The notes under the pieces: model-generated
Seen by the model: the letters and a program-made list of their open reading frames with translations, nothing else
Databases searched by the model: none
Told to the model about the DNA's origin: nothing
Assembly: GCA_903851045.1 (NCBI GenBank)
Contig: CAINNF010000023.1
Location: forward strand, 202 to 64,201
Reading direction: 5' to 3'
DNA: 64,000 nucleotides
From: Candidatus Adlerbacteria bacterium
GTDB lineage: Bacteria > Patescibacteriota > Minisyncoccia > Phycocordibacterales > SBAW01
Made by a program: the position numbers and the translations under genes
Shown: in pieces, positions 50,481-59,132 of the stretch
Position numbering within the stretch: the first letter of the stretch is position 1
Layout: every line of letters starts with the position of its first letter

Positions 50481-51245
50481 ATGCTGGAGCCTCGCACACA
50501 ACTACTTCGACTCGGACTGAGCGATTCGGAAGTGACCGTCTATATGGCGATGTTGTCCGGCGTGCACACCGCGCGCAACCTCGTGAAGGTCACCCGCCTC
50601 AAGCGACCGACCGTCTATTACGTGCTCGGCTGTCTTGAGAAGCGAGGGTTGGTCAGCAAGACTGGCCGCGACGGAGACGGCCTCGTGGTCGAGCCCGCGG
50701 GGAAACTTGCCGTCATCGCGAAAGAGAGGTCGTTAGAGGCGCTGCAGCAACAAGCCGACATCGAAGCGTTGGTCCCGATCCTGACCGCAACCATGTCGAC
50801 ACCGAGCCAAAAGCCCACGGTCGCCTTCTTCGAAGGAGCGGGTGCGGTGAGGAGCGCGATCATGGAGACCTTGTATGGCAAAAGCAAACAGATTGACTCG
50901 ATCATCCCGGCGCAAAACTTCTTTTGGCAGACAGGCGCGGATTTCGTCGAGCTGTTCGTGACCGAACGAACGAGCCGCAAAATTAAAACAAGAAATTTGT
51001 GGGAAACACCAGCAAGTAAGGCGGTGATGAGACGGTACTACGAAGGGCTGTCCCAAGTACGTATACTGCCCAGCATCATGCATGGAAAATTCCAGACGAG
51101 CATCTTTGTGTACGGCGACACGACCCTGTATGTCGCATCCAAGAGCGCGAGCTACTGCGTACGCATCACATCCAAGGACCACACTGACGCCGTACGAGCG
51201 ATGTTCGACGGCATATGGAGCACCGCTGTCCCCCACGAAACTTAG
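50481..51245 (+). CDS. TrmB-family transcriptional regulator (second copy)
   Basis: ATG at 50481. wHTH (HTARNLVKVTRLKRPTVYYVLGCLEKRGLV). The 587-aa ORF-track call is an artefact that runs antisense through the HD gene. Confidence 0.65.
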   Translation: MLEPRTQLLRLGLSDSEVTVYMAMLSGVHTARNLVKVTRLKRPTVYYVLGCLEKRGLVSKTGRDGDGLVVEPAGKLAVIAKERSLEALQQQADIEALVPILTATMSTPSQKPTVAFFEGAGAVRSAIMETLYGKSKQIDSIIPAQNFFWQTGADFVELFVTERTSRKIKTRNLWETPASKAVMRRYYEGLSQVRILPSIMHGKFQTSIFVYGDTTLYVASKSASYCVRITSKDHTDAVRAMFDGIWSTAVPHET

Positions 51246-52498
51246 TCCTGGTGTTTTTTATTTCTATGCGAGAGACCTGCTCCACCAGGGAGCACGGGTG
51301 CTCCTGACGGGACGTCGACACTCGATGCGTCGTTCGCTGTCGTGGAGACGGTCGACGTACCGAGCACGTCTCCGTTCATGTCGGTCGTATCGAACAGCTG
51401 CTTGAGTATGGCAGGGCGAAAACGCTTCGATGCCTTGAGCAAGGTCTGCAGTCGGGTCGCGGCACCGATGGCGTTCGTATAGTCCGCATATGCGTCAGTG
51501 GTGTCCCCGGACGTGAGCGCGGCGTCTCCTTGGTCGAGTTGTGACTGGATACCAGCAAGGCGAGTCTGTATAGCGGCAGCGGTCGTAGTATCGAGCGAGC
51601 CACCAAGTGCAGCGTACTGACCTTGCACATCGGATAGACTTCGTTTCGCTTGGCGAGCCAGTTGGCCGACCGCACTGGACGAGACGGGAGGAGTGGCGGT
51701 CGTGGATGCAGTATCCGTAACCACCGCGGGCACACTAGGGGTAGTGGTCGCGGTCGTCTCGACACCACGCATGTCGCTATGCTTCAGACGGCTGCGCGAG
51801 TCCGCGAACATGAATCCGTTCGTGCTCGATGAGACATGACGAGCGACAAAAGCTCCGTGCGCGAAATCGCTCTGCACCGCCTGAGACAGCGCGAAAGAGT
51901 CCCTTCGTATCCCCTTCTTTGAACTCCTGTCCGCTATACTCGCGAGCACCGCATCGTCGGCCGCAAGACTCGAGGAAAGTTGGGTCGCTATTTGAGTCGA
52001 GGCAGCCGGGTTGGTCGTGGCGATGTTCCGTGCGATGGTCTGGGCGATGTCCATGTGCGAGGTTAGATTTTGCTGGATCTCCATTGTGGTCGTCGCATCG
52101 AGCGTACCGCGCACCGCGAGCTGTTGCGCCTCTTCGAGTCGGCGCTCTGCCAAGCTCGCGTGCACTTGCGCCTTGGCGACCGGCGAGACCGCGAGCGCCG
52201 CTTGTACCTGTTCGTTCACCGAGATCTTCACCGGGTATAGGAAGTCGCCCGGGAGCGACCCCTGCGCCGCATAGCTCGTACCGCCGACACTCATCACCAC
52301 CAAGAGCAAAAGTGCCACGAACGACACCGCGCGGTGCATCACCACGAACTGATAGGGGCTGCGTACCGCCTTTGGGCGAGCGGTCGACCCCACGACCGCC
52401 ATATGCGACCGAAGGTTCGTGCGCAGCAAAGCCCGCTCAGTGTTGCTGAGTCGTCTGTCGCTTGCAGCGGTGTGTAATTTTGTATGTAAGGTGTTCAT
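51242..52498 (-). CDS. putative anti-sigma factor: single-TM protein with long Ser/Thr/Ala-rich extracytoplasmic region
   Basis: 418 aa. TM helix VSFVALLLLVVMSV. Overlaps the ECF sigma gene by 4 nt. Low-complexity T/S/A tracts. Confidence 0.5.
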   Translation of the reverse strand: MNTLHTKLHTAASDRRLSNTERALLRTNLRSHMAVVGSTARPKAVRSPYQFVVMHRAVSFVALLLLVVMSVGGTSYAAQGSLPGDFLYPVKISVNEQVQAALAVSPVAKAQVHASLAERRLEEAQQLAVRGTLDATTTMEIQQNLTSHMDIAQTIARNIATTNPAASTQIATQLSSSLAADDAVLASIADRSSKKGIRRDSFALSQAVQSDFAHGAFVARHVSSSTNGFMFADSRSRLKHSDMRGVETTATTTPSVPAVVTDTASTTATPPVSSSAVGQLARQAKRSLSDVQGQYAALGGSLDTTTAAAIQTRLAGIQSQLDQGDAALTSGDTTDAYADYTNAIGAATRLQTLLKASKRFRPAILKQLFDTTDMNGDVLGTSTVSTTANDASSVDVPSGAPVLPGGAGLSHRNKKHQD

Positions 52499-53019
52499 GA
52501 CTCGGGTTCGAGCAGCACTTTCAATTTCTTTAATCCTCGGTGGATGCGCACGGACACGACGTTCTCGCTCTCGTCCAACACCACGGATATCTCCTGGGGA
52601 CTCATACCCTCGACATATCGCAGCAGCAACACTTCGCGGTAGAGGTCGGGTAGTTCGGCCAACACCTGGAGCACCCGCTTCCCTTCGAAACGCTCGACGG
52701 CCGCCTCGAACGTGTTGGTGTCATCGGTCGGGAGCAGTCGCTCCACCGACTCGTCCTCGGCCAGCATCATACCTTCGAGCGACACGGTCTTGTGTTTGCG
52801 ATACTCGTCGATGATGAGGTGCCGGAGCGTCCGAAACAGGAATGGTCGGTACTCGCGGACCTCGTTGCCTCTCGCGACATACTCCCACACGCGCATGAAC
52901 GTCTCCTGGACCAACTCGACCGCGCGTTCGCGCTCTGGTAGCCGAAGCGAGGCGTGTCGAAAGAGCTCGTCGGTATGGGCTTCGAACGCTTGTTCAAATT
53001 CTTTATTCGTATCTGTCAT
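52495..53019 (-). CDS. RNA polymerase sigma-70 factor, ECF subfamily
   Basis: 174 aa. Region 2 (FRTLRHLIIDEYRKHK). Region 4 HTH (LYREVLLLRYVEGMSPQEISVVLDESENVVSVRIHRGLKKL). Confidence 0.8.
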   Translation of the reverse strand: MTDTNKEFEQAFEAHTDELFRHASLRLPERERAVELVQETFMRVWEYVARGNEVREYRPFLFRTLRHLIIDEYRKHKTVSLEGMMLAEDESVERLLPTDDTNTFEAAVERFEGKRVLQVLAELPDLYREVLLLRYVEGMSPQEISVVLDESENVVSVRIHRGLKKLKVLLEPES

Positions 53020-53092
53020 GGTAGACGCAGCAACAAGGCTTTTCTTTCACACCAAAGGTGTGCCGCCCGCCACAGGCCCCCTTACTATACCG

Positions 53093-53115
53093 AAACACAA
53101 AAAATCCCCAAGGGG
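53093..53115 (-). terminator. terminator-like repeat, copy 1
   Basis: On the minus strand CCCCTTGGGG is followed by ATTTTTTGTGTTT. The 23-mer is identical to the copy at 53669..53691. Confidence 0.45.
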
Positions 53116-53229
53116 ATCCTTTGTTCGACGCTGGACACAACCTTTTCGTCCTTTTGGACTCATCAGCTCAAACGCACATTTGAGTAAGGTTGGGAGCTTT
53201 TATAGGCGCTCCCAAACCAGTGGGTGGAA

Positions 53230-53547
53230 TCAAAACCGGTCTCGTCGGGAGTCGGTGAAGAAATACACCCCCACCCGCTTGAATAAATTTATATAGCCAA
53301 TTACCAGGGCGGTGACCGCCGCCGCCGCAAGAACTACGACGGCCCATGACGACAAATAGAGGATCTTCTCTCCCTCGATCGTCGTGGGACGCCCCGCGAA
53401 CCAGTAGTAATGCAGCGAGATGTAGATGTTTTCTACCACTCGCGGCGCGACGGTCTGGCAGAAAGGCACAGCGAAGCAGACCATGATGACGATAAAAAAT
53501 ACCCACTCAAAGAAATACTTTTCAAAGAACTTCGTCAAGGTCCGCAC
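53230..53547 (-). CDS. small hypothetical membrane protein (2 TM)
   Basis: 105-aa ORF. Terminator repeat roughly 115 nt downstream. Confidence 0.4.
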   Translation of the reverse strand: MRTLTKFFEKYFFEWVFFIVIMVCFAVPFCQTVAPRVVENIYISLHYYWFAGRPTTIEGEKILYLSSWAVVVLAAAAVTALVIGYINLFKRVGVYFFTDSRRDRF

Positions 53548-53668
53548 TTCAACCTCCTTTCGTTGCAGTCACCGTGTTTTGGTGACCTTGATACGTGCAG
53601 AGAGAAGCCCTGCACTCCTCTAGGATATAGGTATCGGAGACACTTGTCAAGTAATAAGAAATGTTGTA

Positions 53669-53691
53669 AAACACAAAAAATCCCCAAGGGG
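53669..53691 (-). terminator. terminator-like repeat, copy 2
   Basis: Same 23-nt sequence as 53093..53115. Confidence 0.45.
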
Positions 53692-53836
53692 CCACAGATC
53701 ATCGACAGCGCTTAGAGGAGAGAGATTTACCCGGGCCGAAGCCTCGGTATCTTACTCACGCTGTGTCTGATCTGAAGCCCTTCAGGGACTTCTGTCATAT
53801 TCCGCACCATCAGGACTCCTCTCGAGAATCCTGTAC

Positions 53837-53936
53837 CAGGGAGCTATCCCCTCTTGAATCCATCATTCGACCTTGCTCATGGCACATGAGTCGTCAAATG
53901 GTGTGCTCAAGAGAGGGCACCGACACGAGGGTCGAT
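53837..53936. repeat. ~100-nt repeat unit A (internal imperfect inverted repeat + GC hairpin + CCAAGTTTG)
   Basis: About 75% identical to unit B (56827..56931) in the same orientation. Arms cctcttgaatccatcattcgac and gtcgtcaaatggtgtgctcaagagagg are inverted copies. The flanking hairpin differs between units but remains a hairpin. Confidence 0.6.
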
Positions 53937-53963
53937 GCCAAGTTTGTACGCACGAAAGAACTT

Positions 53964-54710
53964 TTACATGATCTTGAACTTCTGCGGCTTCTCCTTCCGC
54001 CGCCACTTCCAGCTGCGGTGGGGCTGGCGCGCGTAGTCGTCCTTTTTTTCCCCGGAAGAGTGATCACGCGACCCACCCCACTGCGGAGCGACTGGCACCG
54101 ACCACTCATCATCTTCTCCCGCCCCATACCACGGGTGGAAAAAGTCGAAGTGGTCGTCGCGGATCTCCAGTATCGCGCCGTTGTCGTCGCCTGAGGCATA
54201 TTGTTTGCCCACAGGCAACACTTCCTCGGCGTACGACAAGTCGTCGTCAAGGAAGTCGTCCGGGTCGCCCAGCAGCTCCTCCTCGGGCGCCGGGTCGAAT
54301 TTCACAGGACGGTCCATATCCTCGAGTGCCTGGGCGATCGCCCAGGGCCGGCACGAAGACCGCGGCCAGCGCCACTTGTAGTCCCGCCGGTTCTTCCAGC
54401 AGCGGAAGTCCCGACGACGATTATGGGGGATTCGATCCAACGGGCGCCAAGACAACATGTCGTACACGTCGGACATGTCGTCGTACTCATAGTCTGCCGC
54501 CCGAGCATTTATCCGCTTGCTTTTGACACGGATGCGCAGAGCTTCCCGAAGGTTGCCCAACGCCGTACCGGTCGCAAACGGAATTCCGTTCCGAAGATAG
54601 ACGACCGGGATTTCGCGAGCAAACTCGCGAAGCCTCGCTTCCACTTCACCTGTATTCATCACCACCGAGGTGGCGCGACACTCTTTCAAGCGCAGGGTAT
54701 CCAAAGACAT
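53964..54710 (-). CDS. hypothetical protein (N-terminus paralogous to 55684..56166), acidic/basic-rich C-terminal half
   Basis: Start placed at MSLDTLRL (ATG 54710, GAGGAGGG upstream). Lies downstream of leader-element copy 1. Confidence 0.5.
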   Translation of the reverse strand: MSLDTLRLKECRATSVVMNTGEVEARLREFAREIPVVYLRNGIPFATGTALGNLREALRIRVKSKRINARAADYEYDDMSDVYDMLSWRPLDRIPHNRRRDFRCWKNRRDYKWRWPRSSCRPWAIAQALEDMDRPVKFDPAPEEELLGDPDDFLDDDLSYAEEVLPVGKQYASGDDNGAILEIRDDHFDFFHPWYGAGEDDEWSVPVAPQWGGSRDHSSGEKKDDYARQPHRSWKWRRKEKPQKFKIM

Positions 54711-54750
54711 CCCTCCTCTCGTCAATAGCCAGCCAAAAAAACAAAACTAT

Positions 54751-54825
54751 ATCCGACCACCGCACGAACCGAAGTTCCTGCGGCAGATAAGATAGGCGAG
54801 CACCAGGAATCTCCTGATGCTCGCC
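54751..54825 (-). ncRNA. conserved structured 5'-leader RNA element, copy 1
   Basis: The minus strand has an outer stem GGCGAGCA...UGCUCGCC enclosing a CAGGAGAUUCCUGG hairpin, then AUCUUAUCU, then CCGCAGGAACUUCGGUUCGUGCGG (UUCG-capped hairpin), then a U-run. Lies 40 nt upstream of the ATG at 54710. Confidence 0.55.
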
Positions 54826-55330
54826 GAAGTTTGTGAGGGACTGCCCCTTAGTCCCAGCCTGCAGCCGAATGCTTTCGCACCCGATGACAGTAGCTTCGGC
54901 GCTTGTGCGCGCCGGGCTGGTATCAGAGTTCCATCGTGGGGATTATCGCTGTCATTCTCACCCCCAGATCCTCTTGATGGTTTGGCGAGTTTCATCACTC
55001 GGGAGATCTGCTTCTCCTGGCTCACCACTTCCGCTGGTGACGCGTTGGTTTTATTCTTTTGGCTCATGGAGACTTGTGCGGCTTGTGCGTTGTGACACAG
55101 GGTGCCTCGTACTGATGCGGTGCGAAATCATTCACCCGCGCCTGAGGACAAGGTCCACCGTGTGAAGATACCGCCCTTCGCCTTTGCTCCACTCCCCAAA
55201 CAGGAGACTCTACTCCTGACCCCAGGTTCGGCATGAAGGAATTTCTCATACCTAGGTCATTTATCTAAGCGCCGACCCTGGCGCGTCCTCACAAGCCCAA
55301 CGCAACCTCCTTTCCAATTTCCCTCTCATG

Positions 55331-55408
55331 ATCCAACCACCGCACGAACCGAAGCTCCTGCGGTAGATAAGATGGGCGAGCCAAACAGGAACCTCCTGCT
55401 GCTCGCCC
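55331..55408 (-). ncRNA. conserved structured leader RNA element, copy 2
   Basis: Same architecture. The outer stem has covarying sequence GGGCGAGC/GCUCGCCC. The inner hairpin is CAGGAGGUUCCUG. No convincing ORF lies downstream. Confidence 0.5.
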
Positions 55409-55414
55409 CTTGCT

Positions 55415-55681
55415 TCAATGAACCTTTCGCTTTCTCAATGCCGCCACCTCGACGAGATAGACGCCTTCGGGCTTACACTTCGGGCAGTCGCCCGAGAATG
55501 TGAGCCTGGCGCCAACTGCCCCACTTCGGAGCTCCTGGCCGAGAGCCGTATCGAGACTCTTCGTCATGAACTTCCTTGCGGTCTCTTCCGTTGCCGGGTA
55601 CGAGCCGCAATGTTCACACACGAAGATGAATGTACGTTCGGGGGGTGGAACCCCGGTAACAATCTTTTTTCGCCGAGTCAC
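55415..55681 (-). CDS. small zinc-ribbon protein
   Basis: 88 aa with CEHCG...CPKC. The second gene after leader copy 3. Stop/start spacing to the upstream gene is 2 nt. Confidence 0.45.
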   Translation of the reverse strand: MTRRKKIVTGVPPPERTFIFVCEHCGSYPATEETARKFMTKSLDTALGQELRSGAVGARLTFSGDCPKCKPEGVYLVEVAALRKRKVH

Positions 55682-55683
55682 GA

Positions 55684-56166
55684 CTACCTCCTTCCGGCAT
55701 GCAGAGCCGGGTTACGGTTACGCTGCACCGGCGAGGGCGAGACTTGCGCCCGACCCAGGCGGCGCTCGAACTCTCGAGCAATACGCCGGGCGAGCGCTGG
55801 CAAATCTCCGAGGTCTTCCTCGCAGACCAAGACATCAGCCTTGGTCGCGTCTTTCGCGGTATTTTTGGTGACGTCGATCGTCACCGTAACCCCGTCAAAG
55901 ACGAATACACCATCGACTCCGTGCATATAGTCGAGCACGGAGCCGAGAGCCGAGCGAAACTGAATCGTTTCACCCAGCAGAATCCGCAGCTCCCGTAAAA
56001 TACGGGTTACGGTCGGAGTGCGTATTGGAGGCTGGCGAGCAGTAAGCACCACCTCCATCGCTGCGTCGTACGGCAGATAGTCGCCGCGACGCGCAACGAC
56101 TGCGCATACCCCCAGCACCCTCTCCTCAAAGAGGCCGCCGGTTTCGCCAGTCATACGATTACTCAC
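55684..56166 (-). CDS. hypothetical protein (N-terminus paralogous to 53964..54710)
   Basis: GTG start at 56166 with AAGGAGGAGG upstream. 160 aa. Immediately downstream of leader copy 3. Confidence 0.5.
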   Translation of the reverse strand: MSNRMTGETGGLFEERVLGVCAVVARRGDYLPYDAAMEVVLTARQPPIRTPTVTRILRELRILLGETIQFRSALGSVLDYMHGVDGVFVFDGVTVTIDVTKNTAKDATKADVLVCEEDLGDLPALARRIAREFERRLGRAQVSPSPVQRNRNPALHAGRR

Positions 56167-56194
56167 GGCAACCTCCTCCTTTTTTCTCTATTTG

Positions 56195-56279
56195 ATCCAA
56201 CCACCGCACGAACCGAAGCTCCTGCGGCAGATAAGATGGGCGAGCCAGATCACAGGTACCTCCTGTTCTCCTCTCGCCC
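56195..56279 (-). ncRNA. conserved structured leader RNA element, copy 3
   Basis: Outer stem GGGCGAG/CUCGCCC. Inner hairpin ACAGGAGGUACCUGU. Then AUCUUAUCU. Then CCGCAGGAGCUUCGGUUCGUGCGG. About 25 nt upstream of the RBS of 55684..56166. Confidence 0.55.
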
Positions 56280-56378
56280 TTTTTCTTAAACCTTTCCTTT
56301 ACATCCCCGAACATCGGGGAACTCTGTTGGAAGTACCGCCGACCAAGGCGGACCCCCAACTATTTTAACCAGCGGCCG

Positions 56379-56783
56379 TTAGGCCGCCCGACGAACCTCC
56401 TCCGTTGCGTCGTCCATCAAGTCGGCCGCCGAGTCGGCCAGCCGCTGGGCCTTCAGCTGCGCGGCACGGGCCGCCTTCAGCTCCGTGTAGGCAGAGTCTG
56501 GCGCTTGCCACTCCCGCAACAACTCCAGCGCCTTCGCATGACCAAGCCCCATGGGTCCGATCATGTGGGGGATGTGCGCGAGCAGCAGTTCATTCTTGTG
56601 GGCGTCGTTGGCGCTCTCCAGCGCCTTCATATCGGCGGGGGTCGCCCCGTCCCGCACCAGGATGGCGCGGGCGGCGGCGTAGCCGCACCCCGTCTCCTCG
56701 TTTACCATGGCGCGCAGCTGCGCCTCGGAGAAGTTCCGGTGGGTCGGCAGCTTGGTAACGTTGGTCATCTGAACTCTCCTCAA
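56379..56783 (-). CDS. hypothetical protein (helical, Ala/Leu/Glu-rich)
   Basis: 134-aa ORF. Repeat unit B lies 45-150 nt upstream. Confidence 0.45.
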   Translation of the reverse strand: MRRVQMTNVTKLPTHRNFSEAQLRAMVNEETGCGYAAARAILVRDGATPADMKALESANDAHKNELLLAHIPHMIGPMGLGHAKALELLREWQAPDSAYTELKAARAAQLKAQRLADSAADLMDDATEEVRRAA

Positions 56784-56826
56784 AGGCCACCTCAGTGGCC
56801 GGTTTACCTAACTTAGGGGAACCTTT

Positions 56827-56931
56827 CCCCTCTTGAACCCGCCATTTGACCACATGGCTCGTCATGAGCGAAGTCGAATGATGTTCTCAAGAGAGGAGGT
56901 CAGGGCGCAAGCGCTCCTGACCCCAAGTTTG
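56827..56931. repeat. ~100-nt repeat unit B
   Basis: Same organisation as unit A: cccctcttgaa...catttgacc arm, its inverted partner gtcgaatgatgttctcaagagagg, the hairpin ggtcagg-gcgcaagcgc-tcctgacc, then ccaagtttg. Confidence 0.6.
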
Positions 56932-57629
56932 CCAGTTCAGTAATAGCTATGTTCTGAACTGGGTAGCACAAAGAACTTCATCGGTGCCGCATGACACCAC
57001 CCCTTTCAATCTTCCAATCATCGCACCCGTGCCGATGATCGGGAGATGTTAGAGTAATGGTTTTTTAAAGAGGACCACCCAACCTCTAAGCGAACACCTT
57101 AATACGTGGCGTTCGCCTCACGCGCCTTACAGCGCGCCTTCTCCGGCGTCTCCGCGAAGTGCGGAATCCGATGGGAATCGAGTGCGTAGTAAAGCATATC
57201 CAAGCCCTTTCTAGGCTTGTGCGACCTACTATGCCCACAGGTCGCGGTCGTGGGGGTTGCCACTTACCCTTTGGGGGTCGAAGTGGCGTCAGGGTCAGCA
57301 CCGAAATGCGGACCCTCTTTCCGGCATAATGGCTGCGATGCGACGATGTGGTGCGCTATCGGCTTGGCCATTGTGCTGGAGAAGAGGAACAACATTTTCT
57401 CTATCAGGACGCAAAACTATTCTGCGCCCCGCCCCGTGAGAGCAAAGCTCTTTTACGGGGGTTATTCACTATTCACCTATGGCATCGAGCGACACTGTTT
57501 AGGAGCTTGCTCGAAGGATTCTGTCAAAGACCGCTCTCTCATGGAGAGTGTGGCGTGAGCGAGTGGGCACGCGGCGTATATATGTGCCGGCCGAACTCCC
57601 TCGCGCTAGACTCTCAACGAAAAACGACT

Positions 57630-57663
57630 ACTTCTTTAGGAGAGAAGTAGTCGTTGTCCGCCC
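57630..57663 (-). terminator. strong rho-independent terminator
   Basis: Perfect 12-bp stem acgactacttct / agaagtagtcgt with a 7-nt loop. On the minus strand it is followed by TTTTTCGTT. Confidence 0.65.
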
Positions 57664-57777
57664 ACACGATGGCTGGGCTATAGTAAGTACCGTCAACCCA
57701 TGTCGGGCTTCTGGTGCTTTGTGACTCTCTCCTCTAAAGATGGTCTGTATGAAATTGTGAGGTGCTCGCACTTGAAC
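57630..57777 (-). ncRNA. candidate small RNA (~150 nt) bounded by a near-consensus promoter and a strong terminator
   Basis: No ORF (ATGGGTTGA only). Promoter at 57784..57812. Terminator at 57630..57663. Lies downstream of the malic enzyme gene in an otherwise ORF-free 0.8-kb stretch. Confidence 0.35.
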
Positions 57778-57783
57778 AATATC

Positions 57784-57812
57784 AATATACACCCATGCTT
57801 GACATTTGTCAA
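57784..57812 (-). promoter_or_regulatory. sigma70-type promoter (minus strand)
   Basis: Minus strand reads TTGACA, 17 nt (aatgtcaagcatgggtg), TATATT. Confidence 0.5.
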
Positions 57813-57869
57813 GGGGTCTGTCACTAACAAAGTACCGTGACGAGAAACAGGGCCTACAATAAGGGCTTT

Positions 57870-59081
57870 TTAACGGATCGCTTTGGCAACCGTCTCGGCA
57901 ACACCCTTGTCGAAGGGGCCGGGGATGACCTTGTCTGCCGAAGGCCCTTTCACGAGCGCGGCAAGGTTGCGAGCAGCCCTGAGCTTCATCTCGTCGGTTA
58001 TCTTGGTGACCTTGTGGTCGAGCGCCCCGCGGAATATGCCGGGGAATGCGAGCGAGTTGTTGATCTGGTTGGGGTAGTCGGAGCGTCCGGTCGCTATGAC
58101 CGCCGCACCTCCCCTCTTTGCTTCTTCTGGCGTGATCTCGGGAGTCGGGTTGGCGAGCGCAAAGACGATCGGCTTGTCTGCCATCAATCTGACATGTCCA
58201 GAATGCATGAGCCCTGGGCCAGAGACGCCGATGATAGCGTCGGCCTCGTGCAACGCCTCGTTCAGACCCCCTTCGACGCTCAGCGGGTTGGTGAGCGTGG
58301 CGAGCTCTTGTTTGTGGAGCGTGAGGTCGGTACGCTTTTTGGAAATGATGCCTTTGCTGTCGAGTACGATGATGTCTCGGATACCGGACAGCAAGAGGAG
58401 CTTCGCTATCGCGGTGCCTGCGGCACCGGCACCCGATATGACGACGCGCATCTTCTTGAAGTCGCGTTTGGTGACCTTAGCCGCGTTGATAAGCGCCGCG
58501 AGCGAGACGATAGCGGTGCCATGCTGGTCGTCGTGCATGACCGGGATGTCGAGCGCTGCCTTCACTCGCTCCTCTATCTCGAAGCAGTTGGGCGCCGCGA
58601 AATCTTCGAGATTGATACCGCCGAACGCGGGCGCGATGCGCACGATCGTCTCGACGACCCGGTCGACGTAATTGGCGCCCGCCTGGGTCGACATATCCAG
58701 CACGATCGGGAACGCGTCGACGTCGGCGAACGACTTAAAGAGCGCCGCCTTCCCTTCCATCACCGGGAGCGCACCATAGGGGCCGATGTTGCCAAGCCCC
58801 AACACGGCGGTGCCGTCGGAGATGACCGCGACCATCCTTTTTTTGATCGTATATTCTTTGGCGGCCTTTCTTTGCTGCTCGACAGGCTGCGGCACGCGCG
58901 CCGTACCCGCGATGAGCGTCGAGACGGCAGCGACACCCGGTGTATACACGAGACTCAGGTCGGCGCGGTTCTTCACTGGTGCCGCTGGCGTGATACGGAT
59001 CTTCCCCCCAAGCTTCTTGTGCAGGGCGATAGCCTTCTTGGTAACATCGGGAGCTTTGCTGGTTTTGGTAGTTTTTTTCAT
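57870..59081 (-). CDS. NAD(P)-dependent malic enzyme (short form)
   Basis: Start MKKTTK (ATG 59081). LVYTPGVAAV. Rossmann GAGAAG. About 404 aa, typical of truncated bacterial malic enzymes. Confidence 0.85.
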   Translation of the reverse strand: MKKTTKTSKAPDVTKKAIALHKKLGGKIRITPAAPVKNRADLSLVYTPGVAAVSTLIAGTARVPQPVEQQRKAAKEYTIKKRMVAVISDGTAVLGLGNIGPYGALPVMEGKAALFKSFADVDAFPIVLDMSTQAGANYVDRVVETIVRIAPAFGGINLEDFAAPNCFEIEERVKAALDIPVMHDDQHGTAIVSLAALINAAKVTKRDFKKMRVVISGAGAAGTAIAKLLLLSGIRDIIVLDSKGIISKKRTDLTLHKQELATLTNPLSVEGGLNEALHEADAIIGVSGPGLMHSGHVRLMADKPIVFALANPTPEITPEEAKRGGAAVIATGRSDYPNQINNSLAFPGIFRGALDHKVTKITDEMKLRAARNLAALVKGPSADKVIPGPFDKGVAETVAKAIR

Positions 59082-59132
59082 GCTCTCTAGTGTACCAGAT
59101 GCACGCGGGCTGGGAATTGGTATCATGACACG

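Noticed and set aside
49482-51245. 587-aa plus-strand ORF
   Set aside because: Its first 1 kb runs antisense through the well-supported HD-domain gene (49611..50378) and has GC-frame-artefact composition. Only the 3' part from ATG 50481 is a genuine gene (TrmB regulator).
54747-55067. 106-aa minus-strand ORF
   Set aside because: It reads straight through the structured leader-RNA copy 1 and has low-complexity composition.
57060-57700. Possible RNase P RNA or tmRNA in the ORF-free region
   Set aside because: GGAAAG..TCCG and a tag-like AACGAAAAACGACUAC were noticed. The universally conserved RNase P P4 / GGGUGAAA / ACAGAAACCCGGCUUA regions are absent. The tmRNA tRNA-like ends (GGGG..UUCGA, ..CCACCA) are also absent.
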